From assembly GCA_046758445.1 (NCBI GenBank), contig JBHIAE010000004.1, forward strand, positions 1-64,000: a stretch of DNA of 64,000 bases, in the 5' to 3' direction. Positions 1-9,044 of this stretch are shown piece by piece. Source of the stretch: Candidatus Thorarchaeota archaeon. Lineage in GTDB: Archaea > Asgardarchaeota > Thorarchaeia > Thorarchaeales > Thorarchaeaceae. Position 1 is the stretch's first letter; each line of letters starts with the position of its first letter. The notes beneath the pieces are model-generated. The model worked only from the letters and a program-made list of their open reading frames with translations, was not told the origin of the DNA and ran no database searches. A program made the position numbers and the translations under genes.

Positions 1-2
1 TG

Positions 3-578
3 TTGCCCGAAGCATCCAGAGATGATTTCATGGAGGACCCCACCACTTGGGAAACAATAGACACCGATGACATAGATCCCCATTTTGCAGACAAACTTGT
101 AGATGCCGGTGTTGATAGAATACGAACTTGCATCCAGTGTGGGACATGCTCTGCCGTGTGCCCAAGTGGACGGAGAACTGCTTTCAGGACACGGGAGATC
201 ATTCGAAAGGCTGTGCTTGGGCTCAAAGAAGAGGTTGTTTCAAGTCCGGATCTCTGGCTGTGTACAACCTGTTTCGCCTGCCTTGAGAGGTGTCCTCGCC
301 AAATTAAAGTCACTGAAGCAATTGTCATCCTGAGAAACATGGCTGTTGAGGAGGGTTTCATGCTTCCTCAGCATCGGAAGACATCACAAAAGCTGCTCAC
401 TACGGGTCATGCAGTCCCAATTGATAGAGTGAATCACAAGATGCGGAAGGACCTAGGGCTTCAAGAACTTCCTCCAACTACCCACTCTAACGAGAAAGCG
501 CTGGAGGATGTCAAGAAGATAATGGAAAGGACTGGGTTTAGAACCCTTGTCGAGGGTGAAGCCAAGGAGGAGGCATGA
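3..578 (+). CDS. hdrC: Heterodisulfide reductase subunit C-like (2x[4Fe-4S])
   Basis: CIQCGTCSAVCP and LWLCTTCFACLERCPR motifs; directly upstream of hdrB. The start may be ATG at 30 or lie upstream of the window. Confidence 0.88.
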   Translation: MPEASRDDFMEDPTTWETIDTDDIDPHFADKLVDAGVDRIRTCIQCGTCSAVCPSGRRTAFRTREIIRKAVLGLKEEVVSSPDLWLCTTCFACLERCPRQIKVTEAIVILRNMAVEEGFMLPQHRKTSQKLLTTGHAVPIDRVNHKMRKDLGLQELPPTTHSNEKALEDVKKIMERTGFRTLVEGEAKEEA

Positions 579-579
579 G

Positions 580-1506
580 ATGGCTGTTGCTCAGAAGTAC
601 TCATTATTCCTTGGCTGCGTCATGCCCAACCGCTTTCCGAACCTGGAGAAGAGCATCAGGGTAGTGATGCCTGAGCTTGGTATTGAGTTGGAGGACCTCG
701 ACGGCGCAAGTTGTTGCCCCGCTCCTGGGGTGATAAGATCATTTGACGAGCCGACATGGTTGGCTCTAGCGGCCAGAAACCTTGCACTTGCGGAGAATGC
801 GGGTAATGACATCATCACTGGTTGTAACGGCTGTTACGGTACATTCAAGGATGCGCTAGCAGAGATGCATGATAGCCCCGAGAAGCTCAGAAGAGTCCGA
901 AAGGTCTTCAAGGGGATGAAACTGAGATTCAGGGCGGATGTTGACGCAAAGCACGTGATTGAGGTCATCCATTCCATAGGGCCCTCAACAATCAAGGAGC
1001 TAGTCACGCGCCCGCTTACCGGACTTAGAGTTGCTGTCCACTATGGCTGTCATCTACTGAAACCGAGTAAGAACAGACCTTGGGAACGGACGCAGAACCA
1101 CACGTTTCTTGATGAGCTTGTGGAAGCTACCGGGGCCTTGAGTGTCAATTACAAGGACAAGGACATGTGCTGCGGAGCAGGAGGTGGCGTGAAGGCAAGC
1201 CAAATGGCTATGAGTGTGGATTTCGCAAGAGAGAAGCTTGACAACATGAGTGCCGCGGGAATCGACTGCATCATCAATGTCTGCTCATTTTGTCATCTCC
1301 AGTTTGAACTATCTCAGCCACAACTCAACAAGGAGATCAACGAGGAAAGATATCAGATCCCGGTGCTCTACTACACCCAACTATTAGGGCTGGCCCTAGG
1401 ACTGGATCCCAAAGACCTCGGACTCCACAAGAATGTTGTAGACACTCAGCCTTTGTTGAACAAGATGCTGGGAGAAACGAGATCTGTCCCGAGTCCCTCA
1501 AGGTAA
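580..1506 (+). CDS. hdrB: Heterodisulfide reductase subunit B-like (CCG domains)
   Basis: FLGC, SCCPAPG, CNGC, HYGCH, MCCGAGGG and CSFCHLQF motifs; ATG at 580 follows the hdrC stop. Confidence 0.9.
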   Translation: MAVAQKYSLFLGCVMPNRFPNLEKSIRVVMPELGIELEDLDGASCCPAPGVIRSFDEPTWLALAARNLALAENAGNDIITGCNGCYGTFKDALAEMHDSPEKLRRVRKVFKGMKLRFRADVDAKHVIEVIHSIGPSTIKELVTRPLTGLRVAVHYGCHLLKPSKNRPWERTQNHTFLDELVEATGALSVNYKDKDMCCGAGGGVKASQMAMSVDFAREKLDNMSAAGIDCIINVCSFCHLQFELSQPQLNKEINEERYQIPVLYYTQLLGLALGLDPKDLGLHKNVVDTQPLLNKMLGETRSVPSPSR

Positions 1507-1626
1507 GGCTCATATAGCTCGACGTTTCGCCCATGCTCAAGGCAGACAAAAGTTGTCTCCTACAAGCCTCAGAGTCGATAGTCCTCTTCCGTTAGACCTT
1601 TGTCAGTGTTTTAGGAGTATGCATTG

Positions 1627-1971
1627 ATGGCAACCGCTCGAAAGCCTATAACCCCAAAGCCTCCACGGACACGACAGAAGGTGCTCGTAATTCTTGAGGA
1701 ACAATGCAAACAGTGCAGTCTTTGTGTCGAGTTCTGCCCAAAGAAAGTGCTCTGCCTCGATATGTCCAAGTATAACCGCAAAGGGTATCATCCCGTCACT
1801 GCATGCGATATTGACGCGTGCGTCAACTGTGAATTCTGTGAGAGGATCTGTCCGGACATGGCGATATTCTTGGCTGACAAAGATGAAGCCCGAAAAGCAT
1901 ACGAAGCCGGAGCCATGGAAGAGGGAACAGTGATTCCTGAGTTTGAAGAAGAAGCAGAGGAGAAGGACTAG
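1627..1971 (+). CDS. korD: 2-oxoacid:ferredoxin oxidoreductase delta (ferredoxin) subunit
   Basis: CKQCSLCVEFCP and CVNCEFCERICPD; NRKGYHP motif; abuts korA. Confidence 0.85.
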   Translation: MATARKPITPKPPRTRQKVLVILEEQCKQCSLCVEFCPKKVLCLDMSKYNRKGYHPVTACDIDACVNCEFCERICPDMAIFLADKDEARKAYEAGAMEEGTVIPEFEEEAEEKD

Positions 1972-3108
1972 ATGCCCAAGCGTGTAATGTTCACGATGGG
2001 CGATATTGCCTGCGCTGAGGGCGCTCTAAGTGCCGGATGTCGGTACTTTGGAGGATACCCTATCACTCCGGCCACCGAAATAGCCGAATGGATGTCAATG
2101 AGAATGCCTGAGGTCGGGGGGGCATATGTTCAGTATGAGGATGAGATTGCCTCCATAACCAGCGTGATTGGGGCTTCTTGGACTGGAACAAAATCGATGA
2201 CGGCCACATCTGGCCCTGGAGTGAGTCTGATGCTCGAAGCGATCGGACTTGCTGTAATGACTGAAACCCCGTTGGTGCTGGTCAACATCATGCGTGGTGG
2301 TCCAAGTACTGGTCAACCAACAAAGGGGCAACAGGGCGACGTCATGCAACCAAAATGGGGTAGTCATGGTGACTACCAGATAATCGCACTGACGCCTGCT
2401 TCTGTTCAAGAGATGTTTGATCAGACCGTACAGGCATTCAACCTTTCTGAGAGATATAGGACTCCGGTCTTTGTGCTTGCAGACGAAACTGTCGGGCACA
2501 TGCGTGAACGGCTGGTCATTCCGAGCGAAAAGGACCTGAATCTCGAATACAGAAAGCTGCCGACGGTTGATCCTTCGGAGTATCTCCCATTCAAACCAGA
2601 CGATGATCTTGTGCCACCAATGGCCCTCCTTGGCTCAAAGTATCAGTTCTATGCTACGGGTCTGACTCATGATGAAAGGGGATATCCAAGTGACAAGGAG
2701 GATATCCAGATAGAACTAATCACTAGACTGAATGACAAGATTCTGAAGAATGCAGACAAGATCATTGATGTTGAAGAGTTCATGCTTGACGACGCGAAGA
2801 TTGCCATCGTTGCATATGGCACGCCTTCTCGAAGTGCGAAACGGGCAATCAAGGATGCTCGCGAGGAGGGAATCAAGGTAGGAATGCTGAGGTTGAAGAC
2901 GGTATGGCCGTTCCCTGAAGAGCAAGTCGCACGAGTGGCCTCCCAGGTCGACCATATCATTGTGGCCGAGCAGAATCTTGGACAGATGTACTACATGATC
3001 AAGGCCGCCGCAGCGCCAACGAAGATCCATCTGATGGCAAAGCCTGCTGGAATGCCACAATTGCCACATGAGATCCTAGAGAAGATTAGAGAGATCAAAC
3101 CTGTTTAG
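1972..3108 (+). CDS. korA: 2-oxoacid (2-oxoglutarate-type):ferredoxin oxidoreductase alpha subunit
   Basis: GGYPITPATE, EDEIAS, TATSGPG and MRGGPSTGQPT motifs. Confidence 0.92.
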   Translation: MPKRVMFTMGDIACAEGALSAGCRYFGGYPITPATEIAEWMSMRMPEVGGAYVQYEDEIASITSVIGASWTGTKSMTATSGPGVSLMLEAIGLAVMTETPLVLVNIMRGGPSTGQPTKGQQGDVMQPKWGSHGDYQIIALTPASVQEMFDQTVQAFNLSERYRTPVFVLADETVGHMRERLVIPSEKDLNLEYRKLPTVDPSEYLPFKPDDDLVPPMALLGSKYQFYATGLTHDERGYPSDKEDIQIELITRLNDKILKNADKIIDVEEFMLDDAKIAIVAYGTPSRSAKRAIKDAREEGIKVGMLRLKTVWPFPEEQVARVASQVDHIIVAEQNLGQMYYMIKAAAAPTKIHLMAKPAGMPQLPHEILEKIREIKPV

Positions 3109-3193
3109 TCTTGCGTTGGGAGAGTCTAAAGAGGCTCTCAGCCAGTTTCTTTCAGTCAATCTAGTAGACCTGGCCGAAATGCAATTTGCGAGC

Positions 3194-3874
3194 TCAGCTT
3201 GACATTGGATGAGTTGCGACGGGTCTTGACACGTCCGACGTTCTAAGGGAGTTGATTGTGAGTCCGATTGAGAGTGTGGCTGCAGAGAGAATGTTCAACG
3301 TATCGGACACGAATGCCCAACCTGCCGCCGAAAGTGCCAATCTGGCGCCCTGGCTTATGAAGATGAAGACCATTGCCAGAAGTATGAGGTCACTTCTGAC
3401 CTCAGTTAGGCGTCCAGTCTTCCAAGTCACAGCGAATGTGGCCATCATAGCAATCGAAACCACGAAGAGCAAGGGAATTAGGAGGCCTAGGACTAGTGGC
3501 TCAGTAGGAGCAAGAAATGAAACCCCTGTCCAGTAGAGTATTGTAAGCGAGATCATGTGAGGATGAAACTTGGCAAGCCTTCTGACCCAGATAATGAGGA
3601 GCATGACCACCATGGGGATGACCGCCCCTCCTATCAACAGAGCTCGGATCCTCAGCGTTTCCATTGTGTCTAGGACCACGCCAAGCGTGGTGAGTGATTG
3701 GACTAGCAGATTGAGGGCTGCAGCAATCAATGTGACACCGAACATAAGTGGCATGTCAGTATAGAGGCGACCCTCCTGGCGGATCCAGAATGCCAGCAGA
3801 TAGAAACCGGCAAATAGTGACAAAAGCACACCAATAGGGCCTGTGATATTCTCGATAGTGATTGTCTGGTACAT
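3194..3874 (-). CDS. Uncharacterised integral membrane protein, about 7 TM helices
   Basis: Seven hydrophobic segments. The likely start is ATG at 3874 (the ORF track extends to 3925). Co-oriented downstream of the small GTPase. Confidence 0.75.
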   Translation of the reverse strand: MYQTITIENITGPIGVLLSLFAGFYLLAFWIRQEGRLYTDMPLMFGVTLIAAALNLLVQSLTTLGVVLDTMETLRIRALLIGGAVIPMVVMLLIIWVRRLAKFHPHMISLTILYWTGVSFLAPTEPLVLGLLIPLLFVVSIAMMATFAVTWKTGRLTEVRSDLILLAMVFIFISQGARLALSAAGWAFVSDTLNILSAATLSIGLTINSLRTSDVSRPVATHPMSS

Positions 3875-3940
3875 AATGAACCAACCAGGGCTCTGTCCAG
3901 TAGTCGCCCTCAAAAAGACCCCCAAAGACTGAATGTGTTG

Positions 3941-4456
3941 TCAGAAGAGCCATTCACTGATGCTCTTGCCAATCTTTGCGAAAGCTTGGTTCACGTTCTT
4001 GTCTAGTCTGACTGAAGTTTCGATGTAGTCCATACCGAACTTTTCGGCCATGTTCAGACCCTCTTCCTCGGATACGACCCTCTCCACGACCAGATCTGTC
4101 TTGTTTCCAACGAGGAGTGCTTTGTATTCGTCCACATTCCGATCAACCTCTTTCTTCCATTCGGGCACATCATTCAGGGACTCCCAAGATGTAACGTCAT
4201 ACATAATGATGACACCTTGCGTTCCGCTGTAGTAGTTGCCCCTAACCCGCTCGAGGAAGTCTTGCGAACCGAGGTCCCAGATCTGTAGGTTCACTATGTT
4301 GTCGCCTAGCCTCATCTTCTTGTATGCGAATCCAGTTCCGAGTGTTGGAGAATAATGTTCACGGAAGGCTCCTGTGGAATAACGAATAATTAGACTAGTC
4401 TTTCCGACTGACGCAGAGCCTACTGTGACTACCTTGAAGAGATAGGTCGGACTCAT
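3941..4456 (-). CDS. Rab-like small GTPase (Ras superfamily)
   Basis: G1 GSASVGKT, G2 PTLG, G3 WDLGSQ, G4 NKTD, G5 ETSV; Rab-like LQIWD, YYSG and MYDVT segments; no C-terminal prenylation Cys. Confidence 0.92.
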   Translation of the reverse strand: MSPTYLFKVVTVGSASVGKTSLIIRYSTGAFREHYSPTLGTGFAYKKMRLGDNIVNLQIWDLGSQDFLERVRGNYYSGTQGVIIMYDVTSWESLNDVPEWKKEVDRNVDEYKALLVGNKTDLVVERVVSEEEGLNMAEKFGMDYIETSVRLDKNVNQAFAKIGKSISEWLF

Positions 4457-4560
4457 TCTGTACCAACTCGTGGATTTGCGCGTATCTATGAGACGACGAC
4501 TTAGATAATGGTTGTTCAGATAGATTTGCCTAGATTCGCGACCAGAAAGTGTGAGTTGAT

Positions 4561-6141
4561 TTAGTAGGCTTCCTTTGGCAATGATACTCGCAGTTGTCTT
4601 GAGAGAATCAATAGAGTCAGCCTGGCTGCATAACCTAGCTTCGCGTACTCTGCGAGAAGTTTCTCAATACTCTCTGCCTTTTGCCAGCCTGTCCAGAAGT
4701 CAGGAGGAACGTCGGTCAATGGAACACCGGCGGTGGTGCAGATCCTAGAGATGCGTTCCTGCCCGTGGATGACCTGTCCTCTGGTCACGAGAATGTACGC
4801 CAACTCTTCTGGACCATCCTCGCCTGTAGGCTCAAGTGAACCGGTTCTGATGGCACGGGGTTGGGACAGTATCTCGGTACTCAATTGCTCCAGCCAAAAC
4901 GAGAACTCTTCGAGCCCTCTCAAGTCACGCGGAGCATAACGGTTGACTATGCGTTCGTGAAACTCCTCTGTTATGATAGCAATGAATACGTACAGATTCT
5001 CTCGATCCAAGACTGCAACAAACTGTGCCAGTATCTTCATCCATTCGCCATAGAGCAGCATAAGTCTTCGATGACTCAGACCTTCAAGAAGTTTGAAGTC
5101 AAAGTCGACTGACCATCTGTCGTCTACGAAACGAAGTTGACCCAGGGTTTCAGGAGTGACACTCCTGTTCACAACGGACCTCATAGCCTGTATAGACTGT
5201 GCTCGGTTGATGTCCTCCGCCACACGAAGCGAAATCTCCAGGGCCTCCTTGACAAGAAGAATGCGCCGTTTCTCGGAGGACAGTGCCTCGATGACGTCAT
5301 TCTCGAGTAGATGGTCCAACACCCTCAGCACCTGGCGTTCGTCATATGATTCCCCAAGCTCAGCGACCATTTCTCGGATTGTTCGTCGTCCGTCCATGAG
5401 CCCGGCCAAGCGGGGCAGGACTTCTGCCATCTCGGGATGCAGACTTCGTAGTTCCTCTGTTTCTTGGGAGTCTGCCTGGATATATCGCAGGAAAGGTGTC
5501 TTTGCTCCTACAAAGTCGTCAAAGCTGAGCATGTTACGGAATCGGATTACTCTGTGCGCCCACAGCCTAGATGCTTCCATCAACATCTCACTCTGGGAAA
5601 TCCCACTGACTTCTCTGATCTCTTTCACGCTTCTTGACCCGTCGATGAATGGTATGATTGGGCCACTGGTCGTCGTCATCGTTTCCGGGTTGATGGTGAA
5701 GTATGGTATCCATGAGTCCGGAAGATCTTCGAGAGAGAGATTTTTCATGACACTCTCCCCGAACGACTCAAAGTATACGTCTTCGAGAAACGAACCGGGC
5801 TCAATGGACTTGGCGGCTGGAAGCCACTCGAGCTCAAATTCTGCCAGCAGCGAGTCCAAAACGTCCATGACCTCTAGACTCAGGCGTTTGGCACCTACAG
5901 CAATTAGATTGGTTTCCACTCCCTTTAGGACAGTGAATATTCGAGGCCCATAGTCAAGATGAAACACAGGCTCGCTCTCTTCAAAGACCTCGTCGGAGAA
6001 CATATCGAGAGCAGCGAAGAAGATAGATGCTTGCGCAGGATCCATTCCGAATGCACGTGGGTCAAGCTGCATGTAGAATCTGGTACTGCCTGTCTTGTCC
6101 GTTATCAGGATGGCCTCGATGGCATGACCAGTACTCGTCAA
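4561..6141 (-). CDS. Longin-like N-terminal domain plus winged-helix repeats (NPRL2/GATOR1-like architecture)
   Basis: N-terminal AILITDKTG...ASIFFAALDMFSDEVF longin/roadblock-like pattern; two wHTH repeats (PFIDGSRSVKEI and GLMDGRRTIREM); adjacent to the small GTPase. Confidence 0.65.
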   Translation of the reverse strand: MTSTGHAIEAILITDKTGSTRFYMQLDPRAFGMDPAQASIFFAALDMFSDEVFEESEPVFHLDYGPRIFTVLKGVETNLIAVGAKRLSLEVMDVLDSLLAEFELEWLPAAKSIEPGSFLEDVYFESFGESVMKNLSLEDLPDSWIPYFTINPETMTTTSGPIIPFIDGSRSVKEIREVSGISQSEMLMEASRLWAHRVIRFRNMLSFDDFVGAKTPFLRYIQADSQETEELRSLHPEMAEVLPRLAGLMDGRRTIREMVAELGESYDERQVLRVLDHLLENDVIEALSSEKRRILLVKEALEISLRVAEDINRAQSIQAMRSVVNRSVTPETLGQLRFVDDRWSVDFDFKLLEGLSHRRLMLLYGEWMKILAQFVAVLDRENLYVFIAIITEEFHERIVNRYAPRDLRGLEEFSFWLEQLSTEILSQPRAIRTGSLEPTGEDGPEELAYILVTRGQVIHGQERISRICTTAGVPLTDVPPDFWTGWQKAESIEKLLAEYAKLGYAARLTLLILSRQLRVSLPKEAY

Positions 6142-6307
6142 CTATGCCCACTCGTCCAAATCTCTTGTTTAGAAAGAATATTAGCATTCTTCGGGGAAAG
6201 GTAGTGACTTCTTGTGTACAATATGGTCTCTCAGGCGTCAAATTGAGGTGTCCTCATCAACAACTCTTTTATCATCAAGGTCACGAGAACCCAACTGTGG
6301 CCTTGTC

Positions 6308-7150
6308 ATGACCGAATCACAACCAGTTCTCAGGCATCCAATGCAGAGATACATCCGAACAGATAGACAGCCTTTCATCTGGTGTCCAGGTTGCTCCCTC
6401 GGCGTGGTCACGCAGATGATCGCACACGCAATAGACAATCTGGAGCTAGACTTCTCCAAGGTTGTAATTGTTTCAGGAATCGGATGTACTGGACGCATCT
6501 CAGGCTACTTCAAGACTGGCACCTATCACACCACGCATGGGCGCGCGATAGCCTTTGCAGAGGGCGTGAAGATTGCCAACCCAGAACTGGAAGTCATTGT
6601 GGTCAGTGGTGACGGAGACATTGCTGCAATCGGTGGCAATCATCTCATTCACGCCTGTCGCAGAAACATCAATATGACTGTCATTTGTTTAAACAACTTT
6701 AACTATGGTATGACGGGTGGACAGTTCGGTCCCACAACCGAGCACGAAGCCTACTCACAGACCAGTCCGCGGCCCCTTGGTAATCCAGAACATCCATTCA
6801 ACCTAGTGCAGCTCGCAGCGTCATCAGGGGCCACATACGTCTCTCGTTGGACCGCCGTTCAGGCACGTCGAGCAACGAAGTCTATCGAGAGGGGCATCAA
6901 GAAGGACGGATTCTCGTTCATTGAGATTGTTGGCGCATGCCCAGTCGAATATGGTCGAATGAACAGGCTCGGAGACGGCCTTGATATGCATCTTCATCTC
7001 TTACGCGTTTCTGACATTCAGAATGGCCTGCCTCCTCACGAAGCAGAGTTGGACTATGATAACAGAATCGTCTGCGGAGAATTTGTCAACATTGAGAAGC
7101 CGGAGTACACTGCGGTCCTGAAGGAGATGCAGAAGAAGCTCAAGGAGTGA
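6308..7150 (+). CDS. korB: 2-oxoacid:ferredoxin oxidoreductase beta (TPP-binding) subunit
   Basis: WCPGC, SGIGC, HTTHGRA, GDGD...NNFNYGMTGGQ TPP motif; ATG at 6308 preferred. Confidence 0.92.
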   Translation: MTESQPVLRHPMQRYIRTDRQPFIWCPGCSLGVVTQMIAHAIDNLELDFSKVVIVSGIGCTGRISGYFKTGTYHTTHGRAIAFAEGVKIANPELEVIVVSGDGDIAAIGGNHLIHACRRNINMTVICLNNFNYGMTGGQFGPTTEHEAYSQTSPRPLGNPEHPFNLVQLAASSGATYVSRWTAVQARRATKSIERGIKKDGFSFIEIVGACPVEYGRMNRLGDGLDMHLHLLRVSDIQNGLPPHEAELDYDNRIVCGEFVNIEKPEYTAVLKEMQKKLKE

Positions 7151-7728
7151 ACAACTTGAGTGACTACGAGTCAGGTAGATACGAGGTCAGAATTGGTGGT
7201 TTCGGCGGCCAGGGAATTGTGACAATGGCCGTCGTAATGGGGGAGACTGCCTCTTTGGTTGACAAGAAGCACGTCGTTCAGACTCAGTCGTATGGTCCTG
7301 AGGCACGTGGAGGTGCCAGTAAGAGCGAGCTAGTGATTAGCGACGAAGAAGTCGATTATCCGAAGGTCTTGGCACCCGACGTCTTCATCGCAATGAGCAG
7401 AGCTGCCTTTTTGGAGTACGTTGAAGGCCTCAAAGAGAATGGTGTACTGATCGTGGACGAAGATCTCGTCGAGATCGAGGGTGACCTTCCTGAGGGAGTC
7501 AAGGTCTACAGAATTCCCGCTACCCACATCGCAGACAAAGATGTCGGCAATAAGCAGACGACCAATGTTGTGATGATTGGGGCATTCACCGCAATCACAA
7601 AGATGCTGTCGGTGAGGGGACTGAAGAAGAGAATCAAAGAGCGATGGCCGCGCTTTGCAGAACTGAATCTGAAAGCACTAGAGCTTGGGATGAAGGCTGG
7701 TAAGAAGGCTCTGTCCGCTCAGAAGTGA
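7147..7728 (+). CDS. korC: 2-oxoacid:ferredoxin oxidoreductase gamma subunit
   Basis: GGFGGQG and QSYGPEARGGAS motifs; overlaps the korB stop. Confidence 0.92.
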   Translation: MNNLSDYESGRYEVRIGGFGGQGIVTMAVVMGETASLVDKKHVVQTQSYGPEARGGASKSELVISDEEVDYPKVLAPDVFIAMSRAAFLEYVEGLKENGVLIVDEDLVEIEGDLPEGVKVYRIPATHIADKDVGNKQTTNVVMIGAFTAITKMLSVRGLKKRIKERWPRFAELNLKALELGMKAGKKALSAQK

Positions 7729-7773
7729 AACCAATCCGCCAATCTTATTTCTCCACGAGTTCCACTTTGTGAT

Positions 7774-8235
7774 ATGATATCAACACCACTGGACACCTGG
7801 CATTTCCTTGTTGGCGAATGGAAGGGATACTCCAAGGACCAGTTTGGCGGAGAAGGGGTTATAGAAACGTCCAACATATTCACATTGGAGATGAACGCTC
7901 GATATCTAATGTCTATACATGAGGCGCGCAGGGAAGGGAAACTAGAGAATCAGAGCATGGCCCTAATGTTCTACGACAGTAGAAATAAGCGGTTTCTCAG
8001 GAAGACTTTCTTCTCATACGGGTTTGTGAACAACGAGGTAGAGTACGAAAGCAGCGACACTGAGATTCGTTTTGACATCATATCCGAACCCACTCCTGAA
8101 CAGTCTGACAATACCAGATGGAGGTCCTACATTCGAAAGATATCGGATGATGAGGTACGGATGGGACTAGAAGTGGCCAGAGATGGGAAGGAGTTTGAGA
8201 ACTACGGAGAAACCTTCCTGACCAAACTGAAATGA
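7774..8235 (+). CDS. Hypothetical beta-barrel protein (DUF1579/lipocalin-like)
   Basis: N-terminal FLVGEWKG motif and a beta-strand-rich sequence. Confidence 0.55.
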   Translation: MISTPLDTWHFLVGEWKGYSKDQFGGEGVIETSNIFTLEMNARYLMSIHEARREGKLENQSMALMFYDSRNKRFLRKTFFSYGFVNNEVEYESSDTEIRFDIISEPTPEQSDNTRWRSYIRKISDDEVRMGLEVARDGKEFENYGETFLTKLK

Positions 8236-8243
8236 TGACTGGA

Positions 8244-9032
8244 TCACGCATCCTGCTCTTGCAGGGCGATTGTAGCTGCGCCAAGAGCTCCTGTCAGTTG
8301 TGGTTCTTCCGGCATCCAAAGCTCGGCCTCCAACTGTTCTCCAAGGTAATGGCGGAATGCAGGGTTTAGAGAAACCCCGCCAGTGATGCAGATTGGTCTA
8401 GCTGTACCTACACTCTTGGACAGGCTCGCGATCTTGGCAGCCATGGCCACATGCACACCGGCCGCAATATCAGCTGCTGACTCGCCGGAGCCAATTCGAC
8501 CGATGACCTCACTCTCTGCAAACACAGTGCATGTGCTGCTGATTGTACAAGGAGATTTGGACTCTAGAGCCAACGGACCTAGTTCGTCAATGGATATTTC
8601 GAGTACACGAGCCATGACTTCAAGAAACCTACCTGTGCCGGCACTGCATTTGTCCGAAATCGAAAAATCCTCAGGACGACCCATGGGCCCCACTCGTATG
8701 ACCTTGGAGTCTTGACCACCCACGTCAATGAGAAGACGAATCTCAGGGTTTAGCGAATGAACTCCAACACTGTGACAAGTTATCTCTGTGACGGTCTTGT
8801 AAGCGATTTCGACAATGTTGCGCCCATAGCCTGTTGCGATGATGTGACACCCATTCAGACCTTGTCCAGACTCTGAAGAGAGATGGTCCAACACGCGTTG
8901 AACAGCTTTGGATGCAGAGGCACCAGTGTTTATGAGATGAGTTGACAGGATTCGACCTTCAGAGTCGAGCATGACACCTTTGGTTGTCGTGGAGCCCACG
9001 TCGAGGCCAATCCCATATGTCTTCTCAGTCAA
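8244..9032 (-). CDS. 2-hydroxyacyl-CoA dehydratase activator ATPase (HgdC/HadI, ASKHA family)
   Basis: GLDVGSTTTK, ATGYGR, EITCH, IDVGGQDSK, DKCSAGTGRFLE, STCTVFAESEV. Confidence 0.92.
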   Translation of the reverse strand: MTEKTYGIGLDVGSTTTKGVMLDSEGRILSTHLINTGASASKAVQRVLDHLSSESGQGLNGCHIIATGYGRNIVEIAYKTVTEITCHSVGVHSLNPEIRLLIDVGGQDSKVIRVGPMGRPEDFSISDKCSAGTGRFLEVMARVLEISIDELGPLALESKSPCTISSTCTVFAESEVIGRIGSGESAADIAAGVHVAMAAKIASLSKSVGTARPICITGGVSLNPAFRHYLGEQLEAELWMPEEPQLTGALGAATIALQEQDA

Positions 9033-9044
9033 TCCGGGTTCACC

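Noticed and set aside
5156-5953. 265-aa plus-strand ORF
   Set aside because: Ser-rich antisense shadow of 4561..6141 with no motifs.
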